Shown piece after piece: positions 8,977-17,084 of a stretch of 20,774 nucleotides of DNA (position 1 is the stretch's first letter; each line of letters opens with the position of its first letter). The stretch lies in assembly GCA_030637025.1 (NCBI GenBank), contig DAOVVV010000004.1, positions 62,001 through 82,774 on the forward strand, written 5' to 3'. The position numbers and the translations under genes were made by a program. This DNA is from Clostridia bacterium (GTDB lineage Bacteria; CBDUZB01; JAGLHV01). The notes beneath the pieces are model-generated. The model saw only the letters and a program-made list of their open reading frames with translations, was not told the DNA's origin and did not search any database.

Positions 8977-9540
8977 CTAACCTCCCCCTATTTCTTTCCT
9001 AATAGCCCTAAGCATACCTCTAAAATTAAGTTTTAACTTGCGCCTTAAAACATCTCCGACAAAGGTCTCAAAAGATGGAAATCCCCAGCCTAAATTAACG
9101 GATATAAAAACCTGTGTCCCTTCCGGGGCCGGTAAAAATTTCCATTCTCCCTCATAAATTTCATAATCCCCTTTTAACATCTTAAATTTTATTGTTTTAT
9201 CCCGCTTATTAAAAATATTCTCTTCCCTCCATTGAACGGGAACTCCTTCAACATCGATTTTCCAGTCAACTACCTTTCGATTATTCTTTTTTTCGATAAC
9301 TTTTATTGATTTGATTCCTTCTACAAATTGGGGGAAATTTTCGATATGGCTGACAAAATCATAGACAAAGTCTATGTTTTTATCAACAACAGTTGATACT
9401 TTAACCGCTCTGCGCCAACATTTCCGGCGCTCTATTCTTCTCCTGTCTGAAAAGTTTATGTCAACAAGAAATTTTCTCCGTATTTCTTCCCTTCGCCTTT
9501 TCTTCGAGCGTACACTTTTTTCTTTTCCCGTAAAAATGAT
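8977..9540 (-). CDS. SRPBCC/START-fold (polyketide cyclase/aromatase-like) lipid-binding protein, ~187 aa, with Arg-rich N-terminal extension; probable non-canonical start (ATC 9540 or ATT 9537)
   Basis: The track's 67-aa ORF extends 120 stop-free codons upstream: ...VKVSTVVDKNIDFVYDFVSHIENFPQFVEGIKSIKVIEKKNNRKVVDWKIDVEGVPVQWREENIFNKRDKTIKFKMLKGDYEIYEGEWKF..., a typical SRPBCC pattern. A strong SD (AAAGGAGG) lies 6 nt before ATC, with an in-frame TAA just upstream. Confidence 0.82.
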   Translation of the reverse strand: MIFTGKEKSVRSKKRRREEIRRKFLVDINFSDRRRIERRKCWRRAVKVSTVVDKNIDFVYDFVSHIENFPQFVEGIKSIKVIEKKNNRKVVDWKIDVEGVPVQWREENIFNKRDKTIKFKMLKGDYEIYEGEWKFLPAPEGTQVFISVNLGWGFPSFETFVGDVLRRKLKLNFRGMLRAIRKEIGGG

Positions 9541-9751
9541 TGTCCCCCTCCTTTACAAATAAATTTTTTATTCATAAATTAACTAAGAGGCTAAAACATT
9601 TAAAACCGAAAACCTTTTCAATTTTTATTTATTCTGTTAATTTGTTTGAGAAGAACCTTTTACTAAATTAATTCTACAGGGGGAATAATTTGTCAATATC
9701 AACATATTTTACAGATAAAGTGAATTGAATGAGCTATTCCTAATTCTTTTT

Positions 9752-9780
9752 CCCCTTTTTCCCCTTTTGCCCTTTTGCCC
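9752..9780 (-). repeat. Short tandem repeat GGG(C/G)AAAA(A) x4 (four G-tracts)
   Basis: Plus strand cccc-ttttt-cccc-ttttg-ccc-ttttg-ccc. Confidence 0.8.
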
Positions 9781-9888
9781 TTTTTTTGTTTCTTTAATTT
9801 TTTTTAATATAGGGAATTAAAACATCAAACAAGTCATCTCATTTTTCAGGAGTAACCAAAACTGCCCTTATCTATTTTCTCTAAAACT

Positions 9889-9917
9889 AATTTAACAGAA
9901 AAGACTATAAAAGTCAA
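9889..9917 (-). promoter_or_regulatory. Probable sigma70 promoter (extended -10) upstream of the SRPBCC/AAR/HD-GYP operon
   Basis: TTGACT (9917-9912), 17 nt, TAAATT (9894-9889) preceded by TGn. Confidence 0.55.
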
Positions 9918-9956
9918 GTAATTTTCATCTTTTTTTCACTGTCACTGAAATTGTTT

Positions 9957-12900
9957 TCATTCTTCTTTTACTACTGGTTTTATTATAGCTTTAGGGCAAA
10001 TTGCCTTAAATCCACAAAATGCACATTCTTTTTTTTCACTTATGCCGTATTCGCTCCGGGTAATTTGAGCAATTATTCTTTCTGCTTTTTTCAAAATTTC
10101 TTCTGTGGGTTTTATCTCTAAAGAAAATCCCTGCCCCTGACGCAAAGAATAAAGTGTTGTTTTATCTACCGGTTTTAACCCCAACACCCTCTCCGCACCT
10201 ATTCCATATAATTGCATCGAAAAATCATATCGATCTATATTAATTGATTTACTCATTTTATAATCAATAATCTCAAAACTTCCATTATCCTGTTCATCTA
10301 TACGGTCTATCGTTCCTTTAATCAAAAACCCATTAAGGTTTAAATGAAAGCTTTTTTCCACTGCCTTTGTTTTTTTGCAGGAAGGGTTATAATCACTTTT
10401 TATAATTTTATTAAATATTTCCTGTATTTGAGCATTATAAAGAGAATCCGCATCTTCCGAAGCAATTCCGTAGGTTTTGGCTAATTTCTTAAACCGGGAA
10501 AATATTTTTTTATCATCCCATTTTTCCTGCTTTCCAAACAAGGTAAATTCCTGTAAAATTTTATGCATTATCATTCCCAAAACCGTTTCATCTATTTTTC
10601 CCGTATTAAGATTTTCATTAGGTTTACTATTAGCTAAAACGCCTATTTCATAACGGTATTTATACTGCAAAGGACACTGGTCAAAAACAGCAAGCTGGGT
10701 AACACTAAAAGATTTTTTTGTTTCTTTTTCCTCAGAGGAACAATATTTAAAATCAAGATGCCGCACAATTTCCTCCCTGTTTATTTTTTGTTCCGGATTA
10801 AAAGAATATCCCTTGTATTTTTTTTCTCTCCATTCTTCCTTTATCGGAAAAACCTTATTCGCTTCAATTAATAACTCACCATATTCTTCTTTTAATATTA
10901 ATTTATCCTCCTGCATCTTAAAAAAATAATCCATAAAACGGCTTTTTCTTCTTTTTCCTTTTCCGTCTTCTTTTATTCTTCCGGAAAGAATCAAGCGTTT
11001 TTTAGCCCGGGTCATTGCTACATAAAGAAGCCTTTCTTCTTCACAACTAAATCGCTCTTTATTTTTTTTCTTTATTTTTTCTTCTTCCTCTTTGATGTCT
11101 TTACACAAAAATCCTTCTTTTGCATCAAAATAGTACCTGGGGGTACGACTTCTGGGAGGAAAACTGTCCGGAGAAATATTAGCCACAAAAACCACCGTAA
11201 ATTCCAAACCCTTGGCCTGATGAATTGTCATTAACTGGATGACATCTTCTATTTCGTGATTTTCTTCGCTTTCCATTGTTTCCTGATTAATAACCTCTTT
11301 AAGATAGGCGATAAAATCTTCTAAAACAGGAATCAGATTTCTCTCTTCAAACCGGCAGACCAATTGATAAAATTTATCAATATTAGCCAGGCTTCTTTTT
11401 CGCTCTATGGGAGATAGTGTTTGTACATAGCTCGTATAACCGCTATTTTGAATCAGACAATATAAAAACCGTCCTAACGGTAATTTATTTTTTTGGTAAA
11501 TAAATTCATCAATAAATTCGCGCAATCTTCTTAAAGAGGCCTTTTCCTCATCCCCAACATTTAAACTCTGTACCTTTCCTAAGGCATCATAAATAGGATA
11601 ATTCCCCTTGCCGATTATATCTTTATCTTCCATCTCTTCACCAGGTCTTAAATTAGCTAATTTTTGTAAGGTAGAATTCCCAATTCTGTATATCGGCCCC
11701 CTAAGGACCCTCACTAAATTTATATCGTCAAAGGGATTATTAATCACACCTAAAAGCGAAATAATGTCTTTTATTTCCGGACGGTCGTAATACCCGGAAC
11801 CTCCGACAGTTATAAAAGGTAAATGATGTTTATACAAAATTTCTTCATAAATACCAATATTTCGTATGCCCCGGAATAAAATCACAATATCCTTACATTG
11901 TAGCGAACCGGAATCGCTTTCCAAAAGACCCAGTATTCGCTGGGAAATAAATTCCGCTTCTTCCTCCGCGCTACCGGCAAGATTTATTTCACAGCAAAGA
12001 GAATCTTTATTCCTGCCGGAATAAAGCGGTTGAAAATAAGGCATTTGTCCCTGAAAACATTGGTTACTTAATTTTAAAATTTCGTCAAAAGAACGGAAAT
12101 TACTAGTTAAAGAAAGGCTTTTTCCTTCTTTTTTTGTTTCCCGGTCAAAATTCATCATATTTTCCGGACGGGCATCACGAAAAGCATAGATAGATTGATT
12201 CACATCCCCTACCGCAAAATAATTTCCACTATAAGAAGATAATTCCCTCAACAATTTATCCTGCAGAAAAGTAGTATCCTGATATTCATCTACCAGAATA
12301 TATTTAAAAAAATCTTTGTATTTTTCTTTTATCTGTTTATTCTCCAGCAGGGATAATCCGGCTAAAAGAATACTTTGAAAATCAAATTTATTCTCCTTTT
12401 TTAATCTTTCCTCATAAGCGGCATAAAGGCAAAAAATAATCTCGCCTAATTTTTTTTTCTCATCTAAATCATTTATTTTTTCTATGTTTTCCTTAAACAT
12501 AACAGGGTTTATAGCATTGTTTTTCAATCGACGGATAAAAGAATACACTTCTCTCAGAAAAAAATCCATACTTACATTAAAGGATATTGCGGGTAAATCC
12601 CGGGTATTAAAGACATTTCTTGCTTCTTCTAAAAATAAAAGTTTACTTTCTATTTCCTCCATAATTACAAAATCCGGATCAATTCCTACTAAAAAAGCAT
12701 TTTCTCTTAAAAGTCTAAGGCAAAAAGCATCTATTGTGCTGATATACGCCCCGGATAGAACAGCCGCCATATTAGAAAATTCAGTAAGATTTTCCTTGAT
12801 TTTCGTCCGCATCTGGTTGGCCGCTTTTTTGGTAAAGGTTACGGCCACAATGCTCATAATAGCATCTTCTAAAACATATCCTTCCTTAAGCAAAGTTTTT

Positions 12901-13022
12901 AATATCTTGATATATCTATTAGTTAAAACCAGTGTTTTTCCGGTACCGGCACCGGCCTTAAGGCAGACCTTTCCTTCAATCTGATTTATTGCTGTAATTT
13001 GTTCATCGGTTAATTTATTCAT
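9957..13022 (-). CDS. UvrD/SF1A helicase fused to PD-(D/E)XK RecB-like nuclease with Fe-S cysteines; AddA/AdnB-like motor subunit
   Basis: LTDEQ Q-motif, AGAGTGKT, VTFTKKAA, STIDAF, LVDEYQD, VGDVNQSIYAFR, LTSNFRS, MTIHQAKGLEF, EEERLLYVAMTRAK; nuclease KGTIDRID...IIDYK; CP...CAFCGFKAIC. Start placed at MNKLTDEQ (13022), which avoids overlap with the upstream gene. Confidence 0.92.
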   Translation of the reverse strand: MNKLTDEQITAINQIEGKVCLKAGAGTGKTLVLTNRYIKILKTLLKEGYVLEDAIMSIVAVTFTKKAANQMRTKIKENLTEFSNMAAVLSGAYISTIDAFCLRLLRENAFLVGIDPDFVIMEEIESKLLFLEEARNVFNTRDLPAISFNVSMDFFLREVYSFIRRLKNNAINPVMFKENIEKINDLDEKKKLGEIIFCLYAAYEERLKKENKFDFQSILLAGLSLLENKQIKEKYKDFFKYILVDEYQDTTFLQDKLLRELSSYSGNYFAVGDVNQSIYAFRDARPENMMNFDRETKKEGKSLSLTSNFRSFDEILKLSNQCFQGQMPYFQPLYSGRNKDSLCCEINLAGSAEEEAEFISQRILGLLESDSGSLQCKDIVILFRGIRNIGIYEEILYKHHLPFITVGGSGYYDRPEIKDIISLLGVINNPFDDINLVRVLRGPIYRIGNSTLQKLANLRPGEEMEDKDIIGKGNYPIYDALGKVQSLNVGDEEKASLRRLREFIDEFIYQKNKLPLGRFLYCLIQNSGYTSYVQTLSPIERKRSLANIDKFYQLVCRFEERNLIPVLEDFIAYLKEVINQETMESEENHEIEDVIQLMTIHQAKGLEFTVVFVANISPDSFPPRSRTPRYYFDAKEGFLCKDIKEEEEKIKKKNKERFSCEEERLLYVAMTRAKKRLILSGRIKEDGKGKRRKSRFMDYFFKMQEDKLILKEEYGELLIEANKVFPIKEEWREKKYKGYSFNPEQKINREEIVRHLDFKYCSSEEKETKKSFSVTQLAVFDQCPLQYKYRYEIGVLANSKPNENLNTGKIDETVLGMIMHKILQEFTLFGKQEKWDDKKIFSRFKKLAKTYGIASEDADSLYNAQIQEIFNKIIKSDYNPSCKKTKAVEKSFHLNLNGFLIKGTIDRIDEQDNGSFEIIDYKMSKSINIDRYDFSMQLYGIGAERVLGLKPVDKTTLYSLRQGQGFSLEIKPTEEILKKAERIIAQITRSEYGISEKKECAFCGFKAICPKAIIKPVVKEE

Positions 13023-13041
13023 ATTTTTATTATCCCGGGCC

Positions 13042-15978
13042 TCAAGATTCGCAGAGCCAGCGGAAATCACAATTTTTACAGGTATTAAATCCCTGTTTAG
13101 GCTTATATTCCCCCTCCATAATTTCCCTGCTAACCTCTAATAAACTCTCTTTAGCTTCTTCCAATTCCGAAGTACTAAGCCATTTTATTTGCTTTTTATT
13201 CTTATCGGGTTCCTTTTCCCCGTCACTTAATATCCGGAGTGTTGTTTTAAAATCATTACCTGTTTTTTTCTTTAACCAGTAAATACTAAAAGAACAAACT
13301 TTATCCCCTACAATTCCTTTTGCCCCCAGCAAGTAAATTACCGGCTGAAAATCTGTTTTTCCCTTAATCCATTTGTTCCAAAGGGTATCTCCCTGATAAG
13401 CAAACGCTTTGGTGGTTTTATAATCAATCAGCTCACAGGACGAATCTTCCGTTATATCTATTCTGTCTATTCTTCCTTTAAAGCGAAACCCTTCCGTTTC
13501 CCACTTAAAAGGTAATTCACATTTTAGTGTTTTCAAAAAAATTCTTGTTTTTTCCAATTTTAGATAACGGGCTAAAATATTATATATTTCCTGCTCGTAT
13601 ATCTTTTTTTCAAATCTGGTTTCAAAATTTTTCGCTTCTTCCCGCCAGACCTTCCTGATTATTCCATCTAACTTATGAGCTATCGCCTTATCCTGTAATT
13701 GTGCCGGGGTCGTATACTCTTTATGAAACAACTCCAGTATCCGATGAATTAATATGCCTAAAAAAAGGGCAGGCTGAGGAGGACTAAAAATATTCAGACA
13801 ATAGCGAAAAAAGAATTTAGCGGGACAATCAAGGTATGTCTTTATTTTGGAAGGGGTAAAATAAAAATTTTGAGGCAATTCAACTTTATCATATAAATTA
13901 GCAAGCGAGTATTTTTCTTTAATCCACTGGTAAAACAAAAATTTATTTTCATCTTTCTTTAAACATTCTTCAAGTTCCATATTTGGACCGTCACGCAAAA
14001 GCAATCCCAGCAAATCATCATAAGTCAAAATTTCTTCGTCATCCGAAAGAAATTTTTTTCCCTTTTTTTCTAAAAACTCCATCAGCAACCCGGATATTTC
14101 TTCCTCTCTTTGTGAATCATATCTTTTTGCACAAGTTAAATAGAGCATATTCCTTGCCCGGCTGACTGCTACCTGAAAAATCTTTTCTTCCTCTTTTATA
14201 TACTCTACTGACTTTATTAACGGCTTAAGCCCTAAAAGTTCTTTTTCCTTATTATTTAAAAGAATATCCTCTTTATATTGCCTGGGGAATTTCCCTTCCA
14301 CCAATCCGGTAACAAACACTACCTTAAAAAATTTTCCCTTAGCCTGCTGAACCGTCATTATTTTTACTACATCCTCTTCTTCTTCCAATTGAATATCCAA
14401 TTCCCGTCCGTAGGAAGACATCAATCCCTGCAAGTTCTCCATAAACTTGTCAAATCCTATTTTTTTCCCGGAAAACCGGTTTTCTATTCTTTGATATTTT
14501 TTTATTATTTCATTAAAATAATTAAGCTGTCCGGCTATTTTTTTATCATCTCTACTTTGCTGCAGAAAACCAAAATCCAAATATATTTTATAGAGAATTT
14601 CTTCCAGCGATTTTTCCGTTTTAATTTGTTGAAACTCTTTTATTTTTTCTACAAATTCAGAAAGGACTTTTCGGGTCTGAGTTTTTAAATAAGGAAACGA
14701 AGAATTTTTCAATTCCGCAAAAATTTCCAACAGGTTTTTATTTTTTTTCTCGCTCAACGTAACCAATCTTTCCATATCTACTTTATCTATAGAAAAATTT
14801 AAGGTGGTTAATGCCCAAATGACATGAAAATTAGAGAGGTTTTTCTTTTTAAATTTATCTATTACCTGTAAAACGGAAATAAGGCTGATAATTAATGGTT
14901 GCTTGAAAAAACCTGTCCCCCCCAGCACTATACAGGGAATCCGGTAAAACGACAACGCATTAACTAAACTATCTGTTTCTTTTCCTATATCCCGGGAGAG
15001 AATAAGAAAATCCTTATAATATAAGGTTTCTCCTTTTTTATTTTTTTCTCTTATTAATTTATAAATCCGGCGGGCAATAAAAAAACTTTCTTCCTTCCCT
15101 GTATCAAATTTATAAGGTAAAATTTTAGCCGAAGAGACATTTGCTTTCGGAGTAATGGTTATAATTTGCGGGTTGAATTGCTGAATAAACTTTTTCTTTA
15201 TTTCTTCCGGCCTTGCTCCCCGAAAAGAAAAAATACTTTCTTTAACGTTGCCGGCTACTATGAGGTCACTTTTATCTTCAGCAAAAATTTGCAGAAGTCG
15301 AAATTGCTGATAATCAATATCCTCAAAATCATCCACTAAAACATACTTGAACTTCTTTCTATAGGTCTCGAATACATCCTTTCTTCCCTTAAATAAATCA
15401 ATTGTCTGAAGGGTAAGATCCCGAAGATCCAGATAATCACTTTTGTGAAGCTGAGTATTATATTTATAAAAAATTTTTTCTAATTCCGCAAACTTTCCGC
15501 CTTCTTCTTTCAATCGTTTAAGTTTATGGAGATTTTGTTTTATCAAATCAACAAAGTTTACCATTTCATTAATAAAAAAAACAGAAGACTTTGCCTTAGC
15601 ATAAAATTTTAAATTCAGAGAGGTTTCTTCCAAAAGCCTTTTAAGAACTAACTTTTCTTCCATACCTCCGATTATCTGGAAATTAGGGCCAAGAAATGTT
15701 TTTTGCGGTAAGGTGGATAACTGATAATAATTATCTCTAAGGATTTTTTTACAAAAAGAAGAAAAACTATTAATCCAGAGTTCGGCAAATCCTTCCTCTG
15801 TCCATTTAATGAGCCTTTCTTTTACTTCTTCGGCTATTTTATCATTAAAAGTAAAAAAAAGAATTTCCTCCGGTTTTGCCTTTTTGCTTTTTATTATTTC
15901 TTTTAGATTTTTATAAAGGTAATCAGTTTTTCCTGATCCGGGAGGCCCCGTAATGTAAACTACTTTATTCTCTCCCAT
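13042..15978 (-). CDS. UvrD-like (degenerate motor) + PD-(D/E)XK nuclease with Fe-S cysteines; AdnA/AddB-like partner subunit
   Basis: GPPGSGKT, LVDDFEDID, ESIFSFRGA, MTVQQAKG, VAVSRAR; nuclease FKGRIDRID...LIDYKT; CP...CKNCDFRWLC; directly upstream of the second helicase-nuclease. Confidence 0.88.
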   Translation of the reverse strand: MGENKVVYITGPPGSGKTDYLYKNLKEIIKSKKAKPEEILFFTFNDKIAEEVKERLIKWTEEGFAELWINSFSSFCKKILRDNYYQLSTLPQKTFLGPNFQIIGGMEEKLVLKRLLEETSLNLKFYAKAKSSVFFINEMVNFVDLIKQNLHKLKRLKEEGGKFAELEKIFYKYNTQLHKSDYLDLRDLTLQTIDLFKGRKDVFETYRKKFKYVLVDDFEDIDYQQFRLLQIFAEDKSDLIVAGNVKESIFSFRGARPEEIKKKFIQQFNPQIITITPKANVSSAKILPYKFDTGKEESFFIARRIYKLIREKNKKGETLYYKDFLILSRDIGKETDSLVNALSFYRIPCIVLGGTGFFKQPLIISLISVLQVIDKFKKKNLSNFHVIWALTTLNFSIDKVDMERLVTLSEKKNKNLLEIFAELKNSSFPYLKTQTRKVLSEFVEKIKEFQQIKTEKSLEEILYKIYLDFGFLQQSRDDKKIAGQLNYFNEIIKKYQRIENRFSGKKIGFDKFMENLQGLMSSYGRELDIQLEEEEDVVKIMTVQQAKGKFFKVVFVTGLVEGKFPRQYKEDILLNNKEKELLGLKPLIKSVEYIKEEEKIFQVAVSRARNMLYLTCAKRYDSQREEEISGLLMEFLEKKGKKFLSDDEEILTYDDLLGLLLRDGPNMELEECLKKDENKFLFYQWIKEKYSLANLYDKVELPQNFYFTPSKIKTYLDCPAKFFFRYCLNIFSPPQPALFLGILIHRILELFHKEYTTPAQLQDKAIAHKLDGIIRKVWREEAKNFETRFEKKIYEQEIYNILARYLKLEKTRIFLKTLKCELPFKWETEGFRFKGRIDRIDITEDSSCELIDYKTTKAFAYQGDTLWNKWIKGKTDFQPVIYLLGAKGIVGDKVCSFSIYWLKKKTGNDFKTTLRILSDGEKEPDKNKKQIKWLSTSELEEAKESLLEVSREIMEGEYKPKQGFNTCKNCDFRWLCES

Positions 15979-16016
15979 TTTTAAGCCTCTTGAGTTAACC
16001 AGGTCAACTCCGTTCC

Positions 16017-16670
16017 TTATTGTTTTATAATTTTTTTTGTTGTTTTAAAATGCATTTTAGCGACTTTATTTAATATTGCCGGACCGTGTTTTTGAACTAA
16101 AAACCGTGCTTTTTCCTCCACCAGGGAAGAAGCTCCCCGCGGTAAATCAGTGCCGATTTCCTGAGACAGAGATTGCATCCTTTTAATAAATTCCGCCCGG
16201 GCTAAAATAGAAGCAGCCGCTACGGCTAAATCATCTTCCGCTTTAGGCCTTAATTCTAAAAAAACCCGTTTCCCTTTTTTCATCAGAGCATTTAAAACAA
16301 ACTTTTCATCCCCGAATTGGTCGGTAACTACCTTTTCACAATCAACTTTATCAAGTAAATTTTCTATAACCCGGGCATGTCCCCAAGCCAGCAAACGATT
16401 AAGATTTTTTATCTTAGCATACAACTCATTATATTTTTCCGGGCCGATAACAACAATAGAATAATGACTGTTCATTTTACGCAAAGAATTGCTTATTTTA
16501 TTCATAACATTATCCGAGGTTATTCGTTTACTATCCCGCACCCCTAATTCGATTAGTTCCTTTATTCTGGTTTTCTCAATATAGAACCCGGCAATCACCA
16601 ATGGGCCAAAGTAATCCCCTTTTCCCGATTCATCAGTTCCTATCCAACTTGAAGATGTTCCTTTTATCAT
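16017..16670 (-). CDS. rnhC: Ribonuclease HIII, catalytic domain only
   Basis: WIGTDESGKGDYFGPLVIAG, GVRDSK, KYNELY...NLNRLLAWGH, DQF, KAE...VAAASILAR, LPRGAS, VAKMHFKT. Confidence 0.9.
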   Translation of the reverse strand: MIKGTSSSWIGTDESGKGDYFGPLVIAGFYIEKTRIKELIELGVRDSKRITSDNVMNKISNSLRKMNSHYSIVVIGPEKYNELYAKIKNLNRLLAWGHARVIENLLDKVDCEKVVTDQFGDEKFVLNALMKKGKRVFLELRPKAEDDLAVAAASILARAEFIKRMQSLSQEIGTDLPRGASSLVEEKARFLVQKHGPAILNKVAKMHFKTTKKIIKQ

Positions 16671-16707
16671 TAAAAATCCTTTTTATTAAAATTAGGATTA
16701 AAGAAAA

Positions 16708-16875
16708 AAAATGAAGGTAAAATATGTTTTGAACGACTTAGCAAATTTTAGCAAAAATTAGCGTTAAAAAAATAAGCTTGTCTGAGCAAAGCGAGTTGCT
16801 TATTTTTAGCTTGTTTTTGCGTGCCCACAGGGTAAAATTATGCGTTTAGAGAAAAACATATTTTGCCTTTATTTT
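16708..16875 (+). repeat. Structured long-hairpin repeat, copy 1 (168 nt, with inner TTGTCTGAGCAAAGCGAGTT-capped arm)
   Basis: 5' aaaatgaaggtaaaatatgtttt pairs with 3' aaaacatattttgcctttatttt; inner helices gcaaatttta/taaaattatgc, gcaaaaattagc/gcttgtttttgc, aaaaataagc/gcttattttt. Confidence 0.9.
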
Positions 16876-17010
16876 CCCGGTTCCAAATTCAAATTTCCCG
16901 CCTTAAAGACTGGCGGACTATCGCTCTGCTCCAGCAAAAAAAATGAAGGTGAAATGTGTTTTGAACAATATAGCAAATTTTTTGCGTAAAAGCCATTATT
17001 TGAGTCTTTC

Positions 17011-17033
17011 GGGCGACCAAGGGTCGCCCCTAC
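17011..17033 (-). repeat. GTAG-family REP element
   Basis: Reverse complement GTAG-GGGCGACC-CTT-GGTCGCCC: GTAG foot plus a perfect 8-bp stem. Confidence 0.8.
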
Positions 17034-17042
17034 TTTTATCTT

Positions 17043-17084
17043 TTGTCTATGGACTATCGACTGTGGACTATGGACTATGGACTA
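17043..17084. repeat. Heptamer tandem repeat (TGGACTA) x~6
   Basis: ttgtcta tggacta tcgactg tggacta tggacta tggacta. Confidence 0.9.

Noticed and set aside
9671-9696. Promoter TTGACA...TAGAAT upstream of the SRPBCC gene
   Set aside because: Both hexamers are good, but the spacer is 14 nt, too short for a standard sigma70 promoter. Not excluded as a regulated site, but not supportable.
13023-13070. ORF-track start at 13070 for the AddA/AdnB-like gene
   Set aside because: It overlaps the upstream gene's Cys-rich end; ATG 13022 directly precedes the LTDEQ Q-motif, as is usual for UvrD helicases.
9957-15978. Anti-phage defence system (helicase + nuclease, or Cas4-like)
   Set aside because: A tandem pair of UvrD-nuclease fusions beside rnhC fits housekeeping AddAB/AdnAB double-strand-break resection better.
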